From contig CAXXUA010000015.1 of NCBI GenBank assembly GCA_963663765.2, positions 512,303 to 576,302 of the forward strand: a DNA stretch of 64,000 bases, given 5' to 3'. This document shows, piece by piece, positions 28,824-39,718 of the stretch (position 1 is the first letter of the stretch; each line of letters begins with the position of its first letter). The DNA comes from Candidatus Poribacteria bacterium. Lineage in GTDB: Bacteria > Poribacteria > WGA-4E > WGA-3G. Position numbers and translations under genes: made by a program. Under the pieces are notes generated by a model. It was not told the origin of the DNA. It saw only the letters and a program-made list of their open reading frames with translations, and ran no database searches.

Positions 28824-30920
28824 ATGGGTTTATTAGCAGGTGCGTTTGCAATTGCAGGTGCTGTTGGTGCATCAATTCCGCTAATTATTCACTTATTAAA
28901 TAGGGAACGTGCCCGAAGACTGGTTTTCAGTACAGTTCGTTTTATTCAGATGTCGCACCAGACAAACGTACAACGTCATAGATTAAAACGTTGGTTGCTA
29001 TTGTTGATGCGAATTTTGATGTTAATTCTCCTCGGTCTTGCTTTTGCACGTCCATTCTTCGCTGAGGATCCAGCAACTGCACCAGAATTAGGTGGTGTCC
29101 GTAATGCAGTGATTATCATGGATACATCTTATAGTATGCAATATGAAGATGTATTAGCTCGTGCGAAAAATGAGGCAACTGATCGACTTGGCAATATGGA
29201 AGCAGCGGATGCAGTAGCACTTATTTTCTCAGCAGATAAAGCACGTCAGGTTCTACCAATTGACTCCGAACATAATCACCTCAAAACTGCGATTGAAAAC
29301 GTTGTACCTACCAACTATACTACAGATTACCTTGATGCGATCCAAACTGCAGATGAAATACTAAAGACAGTTTCGGTAGGTCAAAAGCAGATTTTCCTTA
29401 TCGGAGACTTACAGAAAAGTGGTTGGGAGAACTTCCTTGAAACTGACAAACTTAGTTCCGATGTAGACATCGAATTTGTCAATATAGGTGAAGAACAACC
29501 TAATAATCACGCAGTTACCGATATCAATGTCCCTCCTGTTATTTTGATCGATCAAAAAGACACAGAATTGGTGGCACGTGTCCATAACTATAGTAGTGAA
29601 CGTGTTGAAAACCTTGATGTGAGTTTATTCATAGATGATAAAAAAGTAGAAACAACCAAATTGGACATTGAACCTGAAGACAGTTCTGATGCTGTGTTCA
29701 AAGTCAAAATAGATCTGCAAAACGAATCATCCCATACAGGTTGGGTTGAAATAAATACTGACGCATTGAAAATTGACAACAAACGTTATTTTACTGTGCA
29801 AAGTATGAAATCTATAAATGTCCACTGTGTTAATGGTGAGCAGAACAGGTCTGACATTGAAGATGAAACATTCTTTCTCACAAGAGCACTAAGAAGTGTT
29901 GGTGATGTAGGCGCTCCGATTGATTATTCGGAATCAAATTCAATTCCTACTGCAGATAACCTGAAGCGTTACGATGTCGTAATAGTTGCTAATGTAAGCA
30001 CAATAACGGAGAGTGAATCAGAAAGGCTTAAAACTTATGTGAATGGTGGGGGTGGACTTATCATCACACTTGGAGATAGAATAGATACTGGTGTGTATCA
30101 ACAATTTTTGGGTGGAGCAGAGAATTCTTTGTTACCATGCACAATTATGCAAGCGGTCGGTGATCCTATTGGTAAAGATGATTTCAAAGTAATTGCAAGT
30201 GTTGATTTTCGTCATCCGATATTCACTCCGTTTAGCAATCCGAACCACGGCGATTTTGCTAAAGGTAGATTTTATCGCTATTATCAAACTGTACCTACAT
30301 CAGATGCAACAGTGATGGCTGCGTTTGATGATGGTAACCCGACATTACTTGAAAAAACCTACGGTAATGGACGCGTGCTATGCTACACCTCAACAATTGA
30401 TCGAGAATGGAATGATTTACCAATACACGGTGTCTATCTTCCGTTTCTTCATGAAACCGTAAAATATCTTGCACTAAAACAGGTAGGAAAAGTACCAGAT
30501 TATTATGTTGGAGATACAATAGAATACAACGGTTCTCAAGAAAGTGCTGGAAAAGAGGTTGCAGTTTTCAATCCTGATCGTAAAGAAGATAGGTTGGTAT
30601 TAAATGAGCAGGGAAGTCTTTTCTATGAGAACACAGAAAATCCAGGAATCTTTTCAGTACATAGGTCTGGTGAGAAACCTCAATATTTTGCCATTAATGT
30701 GGATACAGCAGAGTCAGACTTAACCCCTCGCAATCCAGAAGAATTGACCAGTATGCTTGTTGGTACTGCAGAAACAAACCGTATACCGACTGAACTTACA
30801 CCAGATGTTGTCCGACAATATGAAGCAGATGTTGAGAGAAACCAAAGTCTCTCGACTTATCTGCTGTTAGCAGTTTTTGCCCTTGCAATTTCAGAGATGT
30901 TCTTGGCAAACCGCGTGTAG
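28824..30920 (+). CDS. BatA-N / vWA-domain membrane protein
   Basis: PLIIHLLNR..F...RF, LAFARP; MIDAS DTSYSM; C-terminal TM. Confidence 0.88.
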   Translation: MGLLAGAFAIAGAVGASIPLIIHLLNRERARRLVFSTVRFIQMSHQTNVQRHRLKRWLLLLMRILMLILLGLAFARPFFAEDPATAPELGGVRNAVIIMDTSYSMQYEDVLARAKNEATDRLGNMEAADAVALIFSADKARQVLPIDSEHNHLKTAIENVVPTNYTTDYLDAIQTADEILKTVSVGQKQIFLIGDLQKSGWENFLETDKLSSDVDIEFVNIGEEQPNNHAVTDINVPPVILIDQKDTELVARVHNYSSERVENLDVSLFIDDKKVETTKLDIEPEDSSDAVFKVKIDLQNESSHTGWVEINTDALKIDNKRYFTVQSMKSINVHCVNGEQNRSDIEDETFFLTRALRSVGDVGAPIDYSESNSIPTADNLKRYDVVIVANVSTITESESERLKTYVNGGGGLIITLGDRIDTGVYQQFLGGAENSLLPCTIMQAVGDPIGKDDFKVIASVDFRHPIFTPFSNPNHGDFAKGRFYRYYQTVPTSDATVMAAFDDGNPTLLEKTYGNGRVLCYTSTIDREWNDLPIHGVYLPFLHETVKYLALKQVGKVPDYYVGDTIEYNGSQESAGKEVAVFNPDRKEDRLVLNEQGSLFYENTENPGIFSVHRSGEKPQYFAINVDTAESDLTPRNPEELTSMLVGTAETNRIPTELTPDVVRQYEADVERNQSLSTYLLLAVFALAISEMFLANRV

Positions 30921-30964
30921 TTAGTGTATTTGCGTATTTTAGATTAGGAGGATATAGCAAACAA

Positions 30965-31888
30965 ATGGGTCCTGAAACGAATGATAGAATTGAAGTTCCA
31001 GATATTGTCTCAGAGAAAGAATGTCAATTCTTTGTAGAAAACGGTTACCTTGTCGTTCCGAATCTTCTATCCGAAAGTGAAATTGATGAACTTCGGAAAG
31101 ATACAGTCAGACTTGCACGTGGTGGATATGAAACTAATAACATGAAACCACTACCAGAAAACGTTACAGACGAAGAAGCAATCGGCAGAATACTCTGCAT
31201 TCATCAACCACATTTTGTTAGTGATACAATTGAGAATTATGTCAAACACCCAAAAATCTGTGGGATATTAAGTCAAATCACCGCTGCGCATCTACCGTTT
31301 TGGGATGGCAGTGTTAAGTGTATGCAGTCAATGCTTTTCGTCAAACCGCCCAATTTTCAAGGACAAGCGTGGCATCAAGATGAGATTTATATTCCAACGC
31401 GTGACCGTTCGTTAATCGGTGCATGGATTGCAATGGATGATGCTACAGTAGAAAATGGGTGTCTATGGGTATTACCAGGTTCACATCGGCAAGGCTACTT
31501 ATATCCACAACGCAACCATGAAAATCCTGACGAGTTTGACTTCACACCTGAGAGTTTTGGTTTTGACGGTACAATAGAGGTGCCCGTAGAGGTAACAACG
31601 GGAACACTTGTCTTCTTCAACGGTTATTTACTGCATCGTTCTCGCAAAAATCGTGGTAACACATTTAGACGTGTTCTTGTCAACCACTACTGTAATTCAT
31701 GGTCTTTACTTCCTTGGTCAATTAAGGAAGGTGAACGTCCTGCGAGTGCAGACCGTCGTTGTGTTATTCCAGTTTCAGGTGTTGATCCCTATGCTTGGAA
31801 AGGTTATGATGAACCCCCTAAGAGCATTGGTCTACGTTCCTGTAAAGCAGTTAATGAATTACCCCCAATCACTGAGGAAGGAAAGTAA
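30965..31888 (+). CDS. PhyH-family dioxygenase
   Basis: WHQD, WIAMDDATVENGCL.VLPGSH, LLHRS..N. Confidence 0.92.
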   Translation: MGPETNDRIEVPDIVSEKECQFFVENGYLVVPNLLSESEIDELRKDTVRLARGGYETNNMKPLPENVTDEEAIGRILCIHQPHFVSDTIENYVKHPKICGILSQITAAHLPFWDGSVKCMQSMLFVKPPNFQGQAWHQDEIYIPTRDRSLIGAWIAMDDATVENGCLWVLPGSHRQGYLYPQRNHENPDEFDFTPESFGFDGTIEVPVEVTTGTLVFFNGYLLHRSRKNRGNTFRRVLVNHYCNSWSLLPWSIKEGERPASADRRCVIPVSGVDPYAWKGYDEPPKSIGLRSCKAVNELPPITEEGK

Positions 31889-31893
31889 AAAGA

Positions 31894-32097
31894 ATGACAA
31901 CAGAACAGGCGACAGAACTACAAAACACATTAGAAAAAATGATGAATCGGATATCCACGGGTGACGACATTGCAGAGCAGCTTCTCCGAATACAACAGTT
32001 GTCTATTGACGTTGAAGCAACCGCTCCAAAAATTCTAATGCACTATATAGAACGAAGAAGTTATACAAAGGCATTAGATTTTCTTAAAGAGTTGTAA
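31894..32097 (+). CDS. Small hypothetical protein
   Basis: Operonic spacing; HYIERRSYTKAL.FL C-terminus. Confidence 0.6.
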   Translation: MTTEQATELQNTLEKMMNRISTGDDIAEQLLRIQQLSIDVEATAPKILMHYIERRSYTKALDFLKEL

Positions 32098-32252
32098 TAC
32101 CATTTCCATGTGACAATGTCTCATTGCAGCGGAGATCTGGTAGGAGCAACCTCCCAGTCGTGACCGGGAGATTACTCCTACCGAAGAGAGTGACCTTCAA
32201 CCAGTAAACAGTGGAATTCCTTAATGAGACAAGATATATTAGAAATGGTATA
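32095..32252. mobile_element. IS630-ended REP-carrying MITE (reverse orientation)
   Basis: TAATACCATTTC...AGAAATGGTATA; reverse-complement homolog of the 18491 unit. Confidence 0.85.
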
Positions 32253-32289
32253 ATGCGTGTGAGTTTCAATAAAAAATAATGAGGATTTC

Positions 32290-33048
32290 ATGACAAGAGA
32301 AGATGGACGAAAAAAAGACGAATTGCGGCTAATCAACATAAAACGTCATTACACTATGCATGCTGAGGGAGCAGTTCTTATAGCGACAGGAGATACGAAA
32401 GTAATCTGTACTGCATCAGTAGAAGAACGACAACCGAGTTTTATGCGTGAACAGAATCAACGTAATCGTGGGTGGGTCACTGCAGAATATTCTATGCTGC
32501 CGCGTTCCACATCCCAAAGAATGCGACGCGAAGCAACACAAGGAAGACTCGGTGGCAGGACCCAGGAAATTCAACGTCTAATTGGCAGATCACTACGTGC
32601 AGCCGTAGACCTTGATATGTTAGGTGAAAGAACAATCTGGATAGATTGTGATGTTATTCAAGCGGATGGTGGTACACGTACTGCTGCCATCACAGGCGCG
32701 TTTATTGCCCTTTGGGATGCGTGTAACACGCTTAAAAACCAAAATAAAATTGATAATCTTCCTATCACTGACAATATCGCTGCTACAAGCGTAGGTATCA
32801 TAAAAGGCACGCCGATGCTGGATCTCTGTTATTCTGAAGATTTTGCTGCAGATGTTGATATGAATGTTGTTATGACAGGTAGCGGGAAATTCATTGAGAT
32901 ACAAGGTACAGCTGAACATAATCCATTTTCACGGGAAGAATATGACCAATTACTTGACCTATCAGTTATCGGTATCCAACACCTGATCCGTTTACAGAAT
33001 AAGATAATGCTCGAGGACCTTGATGAAGTTAGTTTTAGCAACGCGTAA
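32290..33048 (+). CDS. rph: Ribonuclease PH
   Basis: [38 protein letters not shown]. Confidence 0.97.
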   Translation: MTREDGRKKDELRLINIKRHYTMHAEGAVLIATGDTKVICTASVEERQPSFMREQNQRNRGWVTAEYSMLPRSTSQRMRREATQGRLGGRTQEIQRLIGRSLRAAVDLDMLGERTIWIDCDVIQADGGTRTAAITGAFIALWDACNTLKNQNKIDNLPITDNIAATSVGIIKGTPMLDLCYSEDFAADVDMNVVMTGSGKFIEIQGTAEHNPFSREEYDQLLDLSVIGIQHLIRLQNKIMLEDLDEVSFSNA

Positions 33049-33667
33049 CCTTGGAAAAGTAAATGAATTGACTGCAATGCTCCGTAAGCAACAAATACAT
33101 AAAGACCTTCAACTATTATCATTGCAGGATTTTCCTGATGCCCCTGAAGTCGTTGAAGATGGTGAAACTTATGAAGAAAATGCTACGAAAAAAGCCACTG
33201 TTATTGCAGATTATACTGGATTTCAAACGCTTGCTGATGATGCAGGTTTAGAAGTAGCTGCACTTGATGGAGCTCCGGGAGTTCATTCAAAGCGATGGGC
33301 AGGAGAGGATGCAACAGATGCTATCCGTATAGAGAAATTGCTTACTGCGTTGGATGATAAAACCAATAGAAAAGCGCGATTTGTCGCAGCAATTGCCATT
33401 GTTGAACCTACAGTTTCAATAAGCAACAATGTTGATGATGGAAAAACAAGACATAAAGAAGTTACTGTTACAAGAAAAGTGCAAGTCGTAGTAGGGATAT
33501 GTGAAGGACACATATCCGACACTCCTGCGGGAGAAAGCGGTTTTGGATATGATCCAATCTTTGTTCCTGATGGATATGAGAAATCTTTTGCTGAATTAGG
33601 TGATGAAATCAAGAACCAGATCAGTCATAGAAGTCATGCATTCAGATCAGCTCTCAGTTTATTGTAA
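33023..33667 (+). CDS. rdgB: dITP/XTP pyrophosphatase
   Basis: [39 protein letters not shown]. Confidence 0.95.
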   Translation: MKLVLATRNLGKVNELTAMLRKQQIHKDLQLLSLQDFPDAPEVVEDGETYEENATKKATVIADYTGFQTLADDAGLEVAALDGAPGVHSKRWAGEDATDAIRIEKLLTALDDKTNRKARFVAAIAIVEPTVSISNNVDDGKTRHKEVTVTRKVQVVVGICEGHISDTPAGESGFGYDPIFVPDGYEKSFAELGDEIKNQISHRSHAFRSALSLL

Positions 33668-33729
33668 TATACAATTCAAAGGTAACAGTCTTTATGATAT
33701 ACTTTCACACACACATAATTTTATAACAA

Positions 33730-33923
33730 CAGGACTTACGCACTAAATGGTAGGCGGGGAATGCCTAAATGGCATTCATACCGTTGATTTGGGGGAATGC
33801 CTAAATGGCATTCATACCGTTGATTTGGTGCTTTGTAAGCGCGCTGGCATCCAATAAAATCCTGAAAATTACGCTATTTTCGTTATAATATTTTATTAAA
33901 TCATGAAAACTGCGTAAGTCCTG
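33730..33923. mobile_element. MITE with CAGGACTTACGCA ends
   Basis: Perfect 13-bp TIR flanked by AACAA on both sides; related ends at about 7404/7513, 10344, 19761 and 24350/24533. Confidence 0.8.
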
Positions 33924-33967
33924 AACAAAATACATTGATATAATGTTTAATACAGAAAGGTAAATTT

Positions 33968-34525
33968 ATGGCATCACTAAAAGATTTACGAAATGGGTTA
34001 GTTATCCGTCTTGATGATGTAGTCTACACCGTTGTAGATTGCGAGCATGTGAAACCTGGAAAAGGAGGTGCATTTGCTCGAACGAAGATCAAAAGAGTTC
34101 GTGACGGTGCTGTCCTTGACCGTACATTCCGATCAAGTGATACGATTGAAACCGTCAGACTCACCGACCAAGAGATGCAATACCTTTACAGCGAAGGAGA
34201 GGTATTATGGTTTATGGATAACGAATCTTTTGACCAAATCCAACTATCAAAAACACTACTTGGCGAAGATGTTAAATTTCTAAAGGAAGGTGAAAACATA
34301 ATAATCAAAATGGATGGGAATACCCCACTTGCAGCGGAGTTGCCAACGTTTGTTAAACTCCAAATTATTGAAACTGATCCGGGGTTACGAGGAGATACTG
34401 TGAGTGGCGGTACAAAACCTGCTAAATTAGAAACGGGTGCTGTTGTCAATGTTCCTCTCTTTGTTAAGAATGAAACCGTCATCAAAGTTGACACGCGGAC
34501 AGGGAAATATGTTGAAAGGGTATGA
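33968..34525 (+). CDS. efp: Elongation factor P
   Basis: HVKPGKGGAF; GDT..GGTKPAKLETGA.V.VPLF; KVDTR. Confidence 0.98.
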   Translation: MASLKDLRNGLVIRLDDVVYTVVDCEHVKPGKGGAFARTKIKRVRDGAVLDRTFRSSDTIETVRLTDQEMQYLYSEGEVLWFMDNESFDQIQLSKTLLGEDVKFLKEGENIIIKMDGNTPLAAELPTFVKLQIIETDPGLRGDTVSGGTKPAKLETGAVVNVPLFVKNETVIKVDTRTGKYVERV

Positions 34526-34528
34526 AAA

Positions 34529-35044
34529 ATGAAACAAAACAAACAGAGTAATGAACCTGATTCTTCAACCGATACGAAAGCTACAGTTGAAGAACGGGAT
34601 AATTCTGAATTTGATTCTGAGCAGATGTTTGAATGTCTTCAGCAACTCATTGACATCGCTGAACGCGCTGATTTAGCAACCGCACGTATACGGAATGGAG
34701 ACTTAGAGATAGAGATTTCCCGTACAACAACACATCATGTAGGTACTACACCTATCCTTGAAAATGCCCCGATGCATTCCCTCGTTACGGAGAACGAAAC
34801 AGGTGATGATATTATTCGTTCTCCGATGCCAGCGCGGTTTTATCGATCTCCCGCACCTGACGAACCCCCCTTTGTTGAGGTCGGAGATAGTGTTTCAGCA
34901 GGAACGTCTATCGCGACCTTGGAAGTCATGAAAACATACAATGATGTTGATGCCCCATTCGACTGTGAAATTCTTGAAATTCTTGTTGAAGATGGACAAG
35001 CAGTTGAATTTAATCAAGCTTTATTTCGTGTGAGGCAAAGTTAA
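34529..35044 (+). CDS. accB: Biotin carboxyl carrier protein
   Basis: SPM..FYRSP.P..PPFV.VGD; EVMK biotinylation site. Confidence 0.93.
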   Translation: MKQNKQSNEPDSSTDTKATVEERDNSEFDSEQMFECLQQLIDIAERADLATARIRNGDLEIEISRTTTHHVGTTPILENAPMHSLVTENETGDDIIRSPMPARFYRSPAPDEPPFVEVGDSVSAGTSIATLEVMKTYNDVDAPFDCEILEILVEDGQAVEFNQALFRVRQS

Positions 35045-35048
35045 GCTA

Positions 35049-36407
35049 ATGTTTCAAAAAATACTAATCGCTAACCGTGGTGAGATTGCCATACGTGTCA
35101 TACGTGCATGTAAAGACATGGATATAAAAACAGTTGCGATTTTTTCTACTGCTGACAAAAACGCGCTTCACGTCAAGCTTGCTGATGAAAGTTACTGTAT
35201 CGGACCTCCGCCTTCAACAGAAAGTTATTTGAAATACGCGAACATCATTGCAGTTGCGGATTTTGCTAATGTTGATGCGATTCACCCTGGGGCAGGCTTC
35301 CTTTCTGAAGACGCACAGTTTGCTGAGATATGTGAAGCACACAAAATAAAGTTTATTGGACCCTCCGTCAATGACCTTACGACTATGGGTGATAAAGTTC
35401 GTGCACTTGAGACCGTCGCCAAAGCGGGTCTAAAACTTGTACCCGGTAGCCATAACAGGAAAAGAAAAAAAGATAAAAAAGGTACCGTTGAAACAGCAGA
35501 AGAAGCAGCAGAACTTGCTGAAAAGATTGGGTATCCAGTTGGTATCAAAGCATCTGCAGGTGGTGGTGGTCGTGGTATTCGCATCGCACACAATAAACCG
35601 AGTTTGTTCAATCTTTTTCACATAGCACGTGCAGAAAGTGAAGCTGCATTCGGTAACAGTGATGTCTACATAGAAAAATGGATTGAAGATGCACGGCATA
35701 TTGAAGTTCAGGTTTTAGGAGATGCACACGGAAATATCGTACACTTTGGAGAACGTGAATGTTCAATACAACGCAAACAGCAAAAACTCCTTGAAGAAGC
35801 ACCTTCGCCATCAATTTCTACAAAACTACGGAACGACATCTGCAAGGCAGCTGTTAAAGCTGCAAAGTCAATTGGATATTCAAATGCTGGTACAATTGAG
35901 TTTGTGGTAGACAAAGACGAAAAATACTATTTCCTTGAAATGAATACACGGATACAAGTTGAGCATACAATTACAGAAAGTATTACAGGAGTGGATCTAA
36001 TCAAGGAACAGATACGATTAGCAATGGGGGAGGAACTTGGATACAACCAATCTGACATAAGTATCAATGGACACGCAATTGAATGTAGAATTAATGCCGA
36101 AGACCCAGCAAATCAGTTCATGCCATCACCAGGTTTAATTACGGACTACCAACCTCCCGGCGGTATTGGTATTAGGGTTGATGGATATGTCTATACGGGT
36201 TATACGGTCCCACCACATTACGATTCTCTTGTTGCGAAACTTATCGCTTCTGGTAGGGATCGAGACGAAGCGATTGCACGAATAAAACGTGCTCTTTCTG
36301 AATTCCGAATTGAAGGTATAAAAACAACAATTCCACTCCATTTAAACATCCTGAATGATGAACGATTTCTCAGTCGTAACATCTTTACAAACTTCCTAAA
36401 TTCATGA
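35049..36407 (+). CDS. accC: Biotin carboxylase
   Basis: LIANRGEIA, GGGGRG, FLEMNTRIQVEH, ECRINAED. Confidence 0.97.
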   Translation: MFQKILIANRGEIAIRVIRACKDMDIKTVAIFSTADKNALHVKLADESYCIGPPPSTESYLKYANIIAVADFANVDAIHPGAGFLSEDAQFAEICEAHKIKFIGPSVNDLTTMGDKVRALETVAKAGLKLVPGSHNRKRKKDKKGTVETAEEAAELAEKIGYPVGIKASAGGGGRGIRIAHNKPSLFNLFHIARAESEAAFGNSDVYIEKWIEDARHIEVQVLGDAHGNIVHFGERECSIQRKQQKLLEEAPSPSISTKLRNDICKAAVKAAKSIGYSNAGTIEFVVDKDEKYYFLEMNTRIQVEHTITESITGVDLIKEQIRLAMGEELGYNQSDISINGHAIECRINAEDPANQFMPSPGLITDYQPPGGIGIRVDGYVYTGYTVPPHYDSLVAKLIASGRDRDEAIARIKRALSEFRIEGIKTTIPLHLNILNDERFLSRNIFTNFLNS

Positions 36408-38131
36408 TTGCCTTGTTAGGTACGCCATCAAAAAAGTTTCTCCTTCACATTTATGTGTTGAGTCTTGTAATACTCGTTAGTGTCACATTTGATGTACATA
36501 CGCAACCACCTACCTTCGTTGATGTTACAAAAGAAGTAGGTATTCGTTTTCAACATTCAAGTGGAACCCGTACCAGTATGCTCCCAGAAGATATGGGGTC
36601 AGGGGCAGGTTTTGGAGATATAGATAACGATGGGGATCTTGATCTTTATGTCGTAAATATACCAGGTCCATTTCAGAATTGGTTATCAAAGAAATCCTTA
36701 ACAACTGCTTCAAATGTATTATATAGAAACAATGGCGATGGCACATTCTCTGACATAACACTTTCTGCAAAAGTTGGTGATGGTGGATATGGTATGGGGT
36801 GTGTATTCACTGATTATGATGGTGATGGCAACCTTGATCTGTATGTAACTAATTATGGAGAAAATACACTATATCGCAACAATGGAGACAGTACTTTTAC
36901 AAATGTAACAAAGATCGCTGGGGTTGAATGTCCATTATGGAGTACCGGCGCAGCATTAGCAGATTATGATGGTGACGGTGATGTTGATTTGTATGTGTGT
37001 AACTACGTTAACTACGATCTTGAAAAATTCCAACAGAAAAAAGTTAAATCACGGCAATCGGGTATATTAGTACCTAATGCCCTGAATCCTACCGTATTTG
37101 AACCACAAGACAATGTCTTATTCCGAAACAATGGAGATGGTACCTACACTGATGTTACTACAGAAGCTGGTGTTGCAGCACCTGGTGGTAGAAGTATGCA
37201 AGCCATTTTTAGCGACTTCGACCAAGATAATGATTTGGACATTTATGTTGCAAATGATACATCTGAGAACCACATATTTCGCAACAATGGAGACGGTACT
37301 TTTACTGATGTTAGTGCAGAGTCCTGGGCAGCAGATTTTCGTGGGTCAATGGGTTTAGCTGCTGGTGATTACGATACAGATGGAGATGTTGATATATTCA
37401 TCAGTCATTGGATTGATCAGGAAAACGTTCTCTATAGAAATCTGCTGAAAGAGAACATAAATTCGGAAAAAAATATACCGAAACTCATCCGCTTTGTTGA
37501 TGAAGCCTATTCCACGATGTTGGCTGAAGTTAGCATCAAAGAGATTGGATGGGGAACATCACTATTTGATTACGATAACGATAGCGATTTAGATATTTTC
37601 GTTGCAAACGGTAGTACTTTTCAGATGTTGGACGACCCAGAATCGCTTATTCCACAACATAATCAGTTGTTTCGTAACAATAAAGATGGAACATTCAGTG
37701 ATGTCAGTAAGACTTCTGGGATTGCTGATCTTCCTGCGCGTGTTAGTCGGGGTACAGCATTTGCAGACTATGACAATGATGGAGATGTTGATATATTCAT
37801 CGTGAATAACTATGACGGACCCACACTATTACAGAATAACACATCTTCAAAAAATAATCCTAATGGTTGGTTGCATGTAAATTTAGTCGGATCGGATAAG
37901 AACAGGAATGCCATTGGAGCAAAAATTCTACTCAAAACGGGAAATACCATACAAGTTCAGGAAATATATGCAGGAGAAAGTTACATGTCTGCAAACGGTT
38001 TCATAACGGAATTCGGGTTAGGAAAAGTTACTAAGGTTGACATGATTCAGGTTATCTGGCAAAACGGTAAAACCCAGACTCTTGAGAATGTCTCTGTGAA
38101 TCAGAAAATAGAAATTATACAGAACCCATAA
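36404..38131 (+). CDS. CRTAC1 / FG-GAP repeat protein with ASPIC-UnbV domain
   Basis: Repeated DYDGDGD.DLYV..LYRNNGDGTF.DVT; C-terminal NR.AIGA..FGLG. Confidence 0.92.
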   Translation: MIALLGTPSKKFLLHIYVLSLVILVSVTFDVHTQPPTFVDVTKEVGIRFQHSSGTRTSMLPEDMGSGAGFGDIDNDGDLDLYVVNIPGPFQNWLSKKSLTTASNVLYRNNGDGTFSDITLSAKVGDGGYGMGCVFTDYDGDGNLDLYVTNYGENTLYRNNGDSTFTNVTKIAGVECPLWSTGAALADYDGDGDVDLYVCNYVNYDLEKFQQKKVKSRQSGILVPNALNPTVFEPQDNVLFRNNGDGTYTDVTTEAGVAAPGGRSMQAIFSDFDQDNDLDIYVANDTSENHIFRNNGDGTFTDVSAESWAADFRGSMGLAAGDYDTDGDVDIFISHWIDQENVLYRNLLKENINSEKNIPKLIRFVDEAYSTMLAEVSIKEIGWGTSLFDYDNDSDLDIFVANGSTFQMLDDPESLIPQHNQLFRNNKDGTFSDVSKTSGIADLPARVSRGTAFADYDNDGDVDIFIVNNYDGPTLLQNNTSSKNNPNGWLHVNLVGSDKNRNAIGAKILLKTGNTIQVQEIYAGESYMSANGFITEFGLGKVTKVDMIQVIWQNGKTQTLENVSVNQKIEIIQNP

Positions 38132-38146
38132 AATGCATAACTTGCT

Positions 38147-39553
38147 ATGCACATTAACGACACTACATCAATACATTCTACCTTAACAACTTCTCCAAAA
38201 TCTGCACTTATGACAGAATCGGAGATGGGTCTTTTTGTTGATTACTATCAACTAACGATGGGTCAAGTAGATTTTAAAAACAGAAATGATTCCATTATCA
38301 CTGCTAATTACTTTGTACGTAAAATTCCACAAGGTGAATATCTTATTGCTGCTGGACTTGAACAAGTCATCCATTACATTCTAAATCTTCGGTTCACAGA
38401 TGATACACTAAACTGGTTATCTGATCAGGGTGAATTGTCTGATGATTATCTTGATTCGTTGAGAAATTTCCGATTCAACGGCTCCGTTTATGCTGTTCCC
38501 GAAGGCACTCCTGTTTTTCCAAATGAACCTATAATAAATGTTATCGGTCTATCTCGTGATGTGCAAATTTTTGAAACATATCTGCTTTGTGTGATGAATT
38601 TCCAGACGTTGATTGCAACCAAAGCTTCGCGCATTGTGCAGGTAGCAAGCGGAAAACCGGTATATGATTTCGGTGCAAGACGCGCACACGGAAGAGATGC
38701 GGGGATCCTTGCAGCACGTGCATCCTTTATAGGTGGTGCAGAAGCGACATCACTTGTGCTTGCAAACCGGTATTTTGACATTCCGTATGTTGGGACGATG
38801 GCGCATAAGTTTGTAATGGAGCGACCATCAGAACTGGATGCTTTCAGAGACTACTCTAAGGTTTTTCCACACAATGCCACATTCTTAATTGATACCTACA
38901 AGACAATAGAAGGTACAAGAAATGCAAGTATTGTTGCACTTGAAATGGAGGCACGTGGATGTCGACTGAAAGCCGTGAGATTAGACAGCGGTGATCTCTT
39001 GACCCTTAGTAAAGAAGTGCGTCTTATCCTTGATTCAGCAAGACTTAACTATGTGAAAATCATCGCAAGTCATGACCTTGATGAGTATGAGATTGAGAGA
39101 TTACTCAAAAATGGTGCACCCATTGATGGATTCGGAGTTGGTACTCGTCTTGCCACAGGTGCAAACTTCAACTCAGTGACTGGTGAAGGTGGTCCATCTG
39201 CGCTTGGTGGTGTCTACAAATCGGTTGAACGGGATGGAAAACCTGTTGGTAAACAATCGCTTGATGAACCTGGCAAAGCTACGGTCCCAGGAAGAAAACA
39301 GGTATATCGGCAAACCGACAAAGATGGTAACTACTATAATGACTATGTCACACTTTGGAATGAACCACTATCCAGTGGAAAGCCTCTTTTAATTTCCATT
39401 GTCAAAGACGGAGAATTGGTGTATAATTTTCCTAAGTTAACAGACATTCAAAAACGAATGATTACAGAACTGACAAAATTAGATGAATCACATAAGACAA
39501 TAACAGATGCAAAACCCTATCCAGTTGAAATACATCTGCCATCGGGAAACTAA
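38147..39553 (+). CDS. pncB: Nicotinate phosphoribosyltransferase
   Basis: DYYQLTM, DFGARR, GTMAH, LIDTY, VRLDSGD, FGVGT. Confidence 0.95.
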   Translation: MHINDTTSIHSTLTTSPKSALMTESEMGLFVDYYQLTMGQVDFKNRNDSIITANYFVRKIPQGEYLIAAGLEQVIHYILNLRFTDDTLNWLSDQGELSDDYLDSLRNFRFNGSVYAVPEGTPVFPNEPIINVIGLSRDVQIFETYLLCVMNFQTLIATKASRIVQVASGKPVYDFGARRAHGRDAGILAARASFIGGAEATSLVLANRYFDIPYVGTMAHKFVMERPSELDAFRDYSKVFPHNATFLIDTYKTIEGTRNASIVALEMEARGCRLKAVRLDSGDLLTLSKEVRLILDSARLNYVKIIASHDLDEYEIERLLKNGAPIDGFGVGTRLATGANFNSVTGEGGPSALGGVYKSVERDGKPVGKQSLDEPGKATVPGRKQVYRQTDKDGNYYNDYVTLWNEPLSSGKPLLISIVKDGELVYNFPKLTDIQKRMITELTKLDESHKTITDAKPYPVEIHLPSGN

Positions 39554-39718
39554 ACCGAAGCATATTGGATTCATCTAACGAGTTATGGTATACTTAACAA
39601 TATATTTTACACACAAAGTGTAACGCATCCTAAATTCCTATGCGTCACACACAATTATAATTTTGTCATAACATCATTGTTATGCTTTGAAGCTAAATGC
39701 TTAAGGAACACAAAATAA

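Noticed and set aside
38147-39553. pncB as part of a TIR/NAD defence circuit
   Set aside because: About 30 kb from the TIR genes, in a housekeeping run
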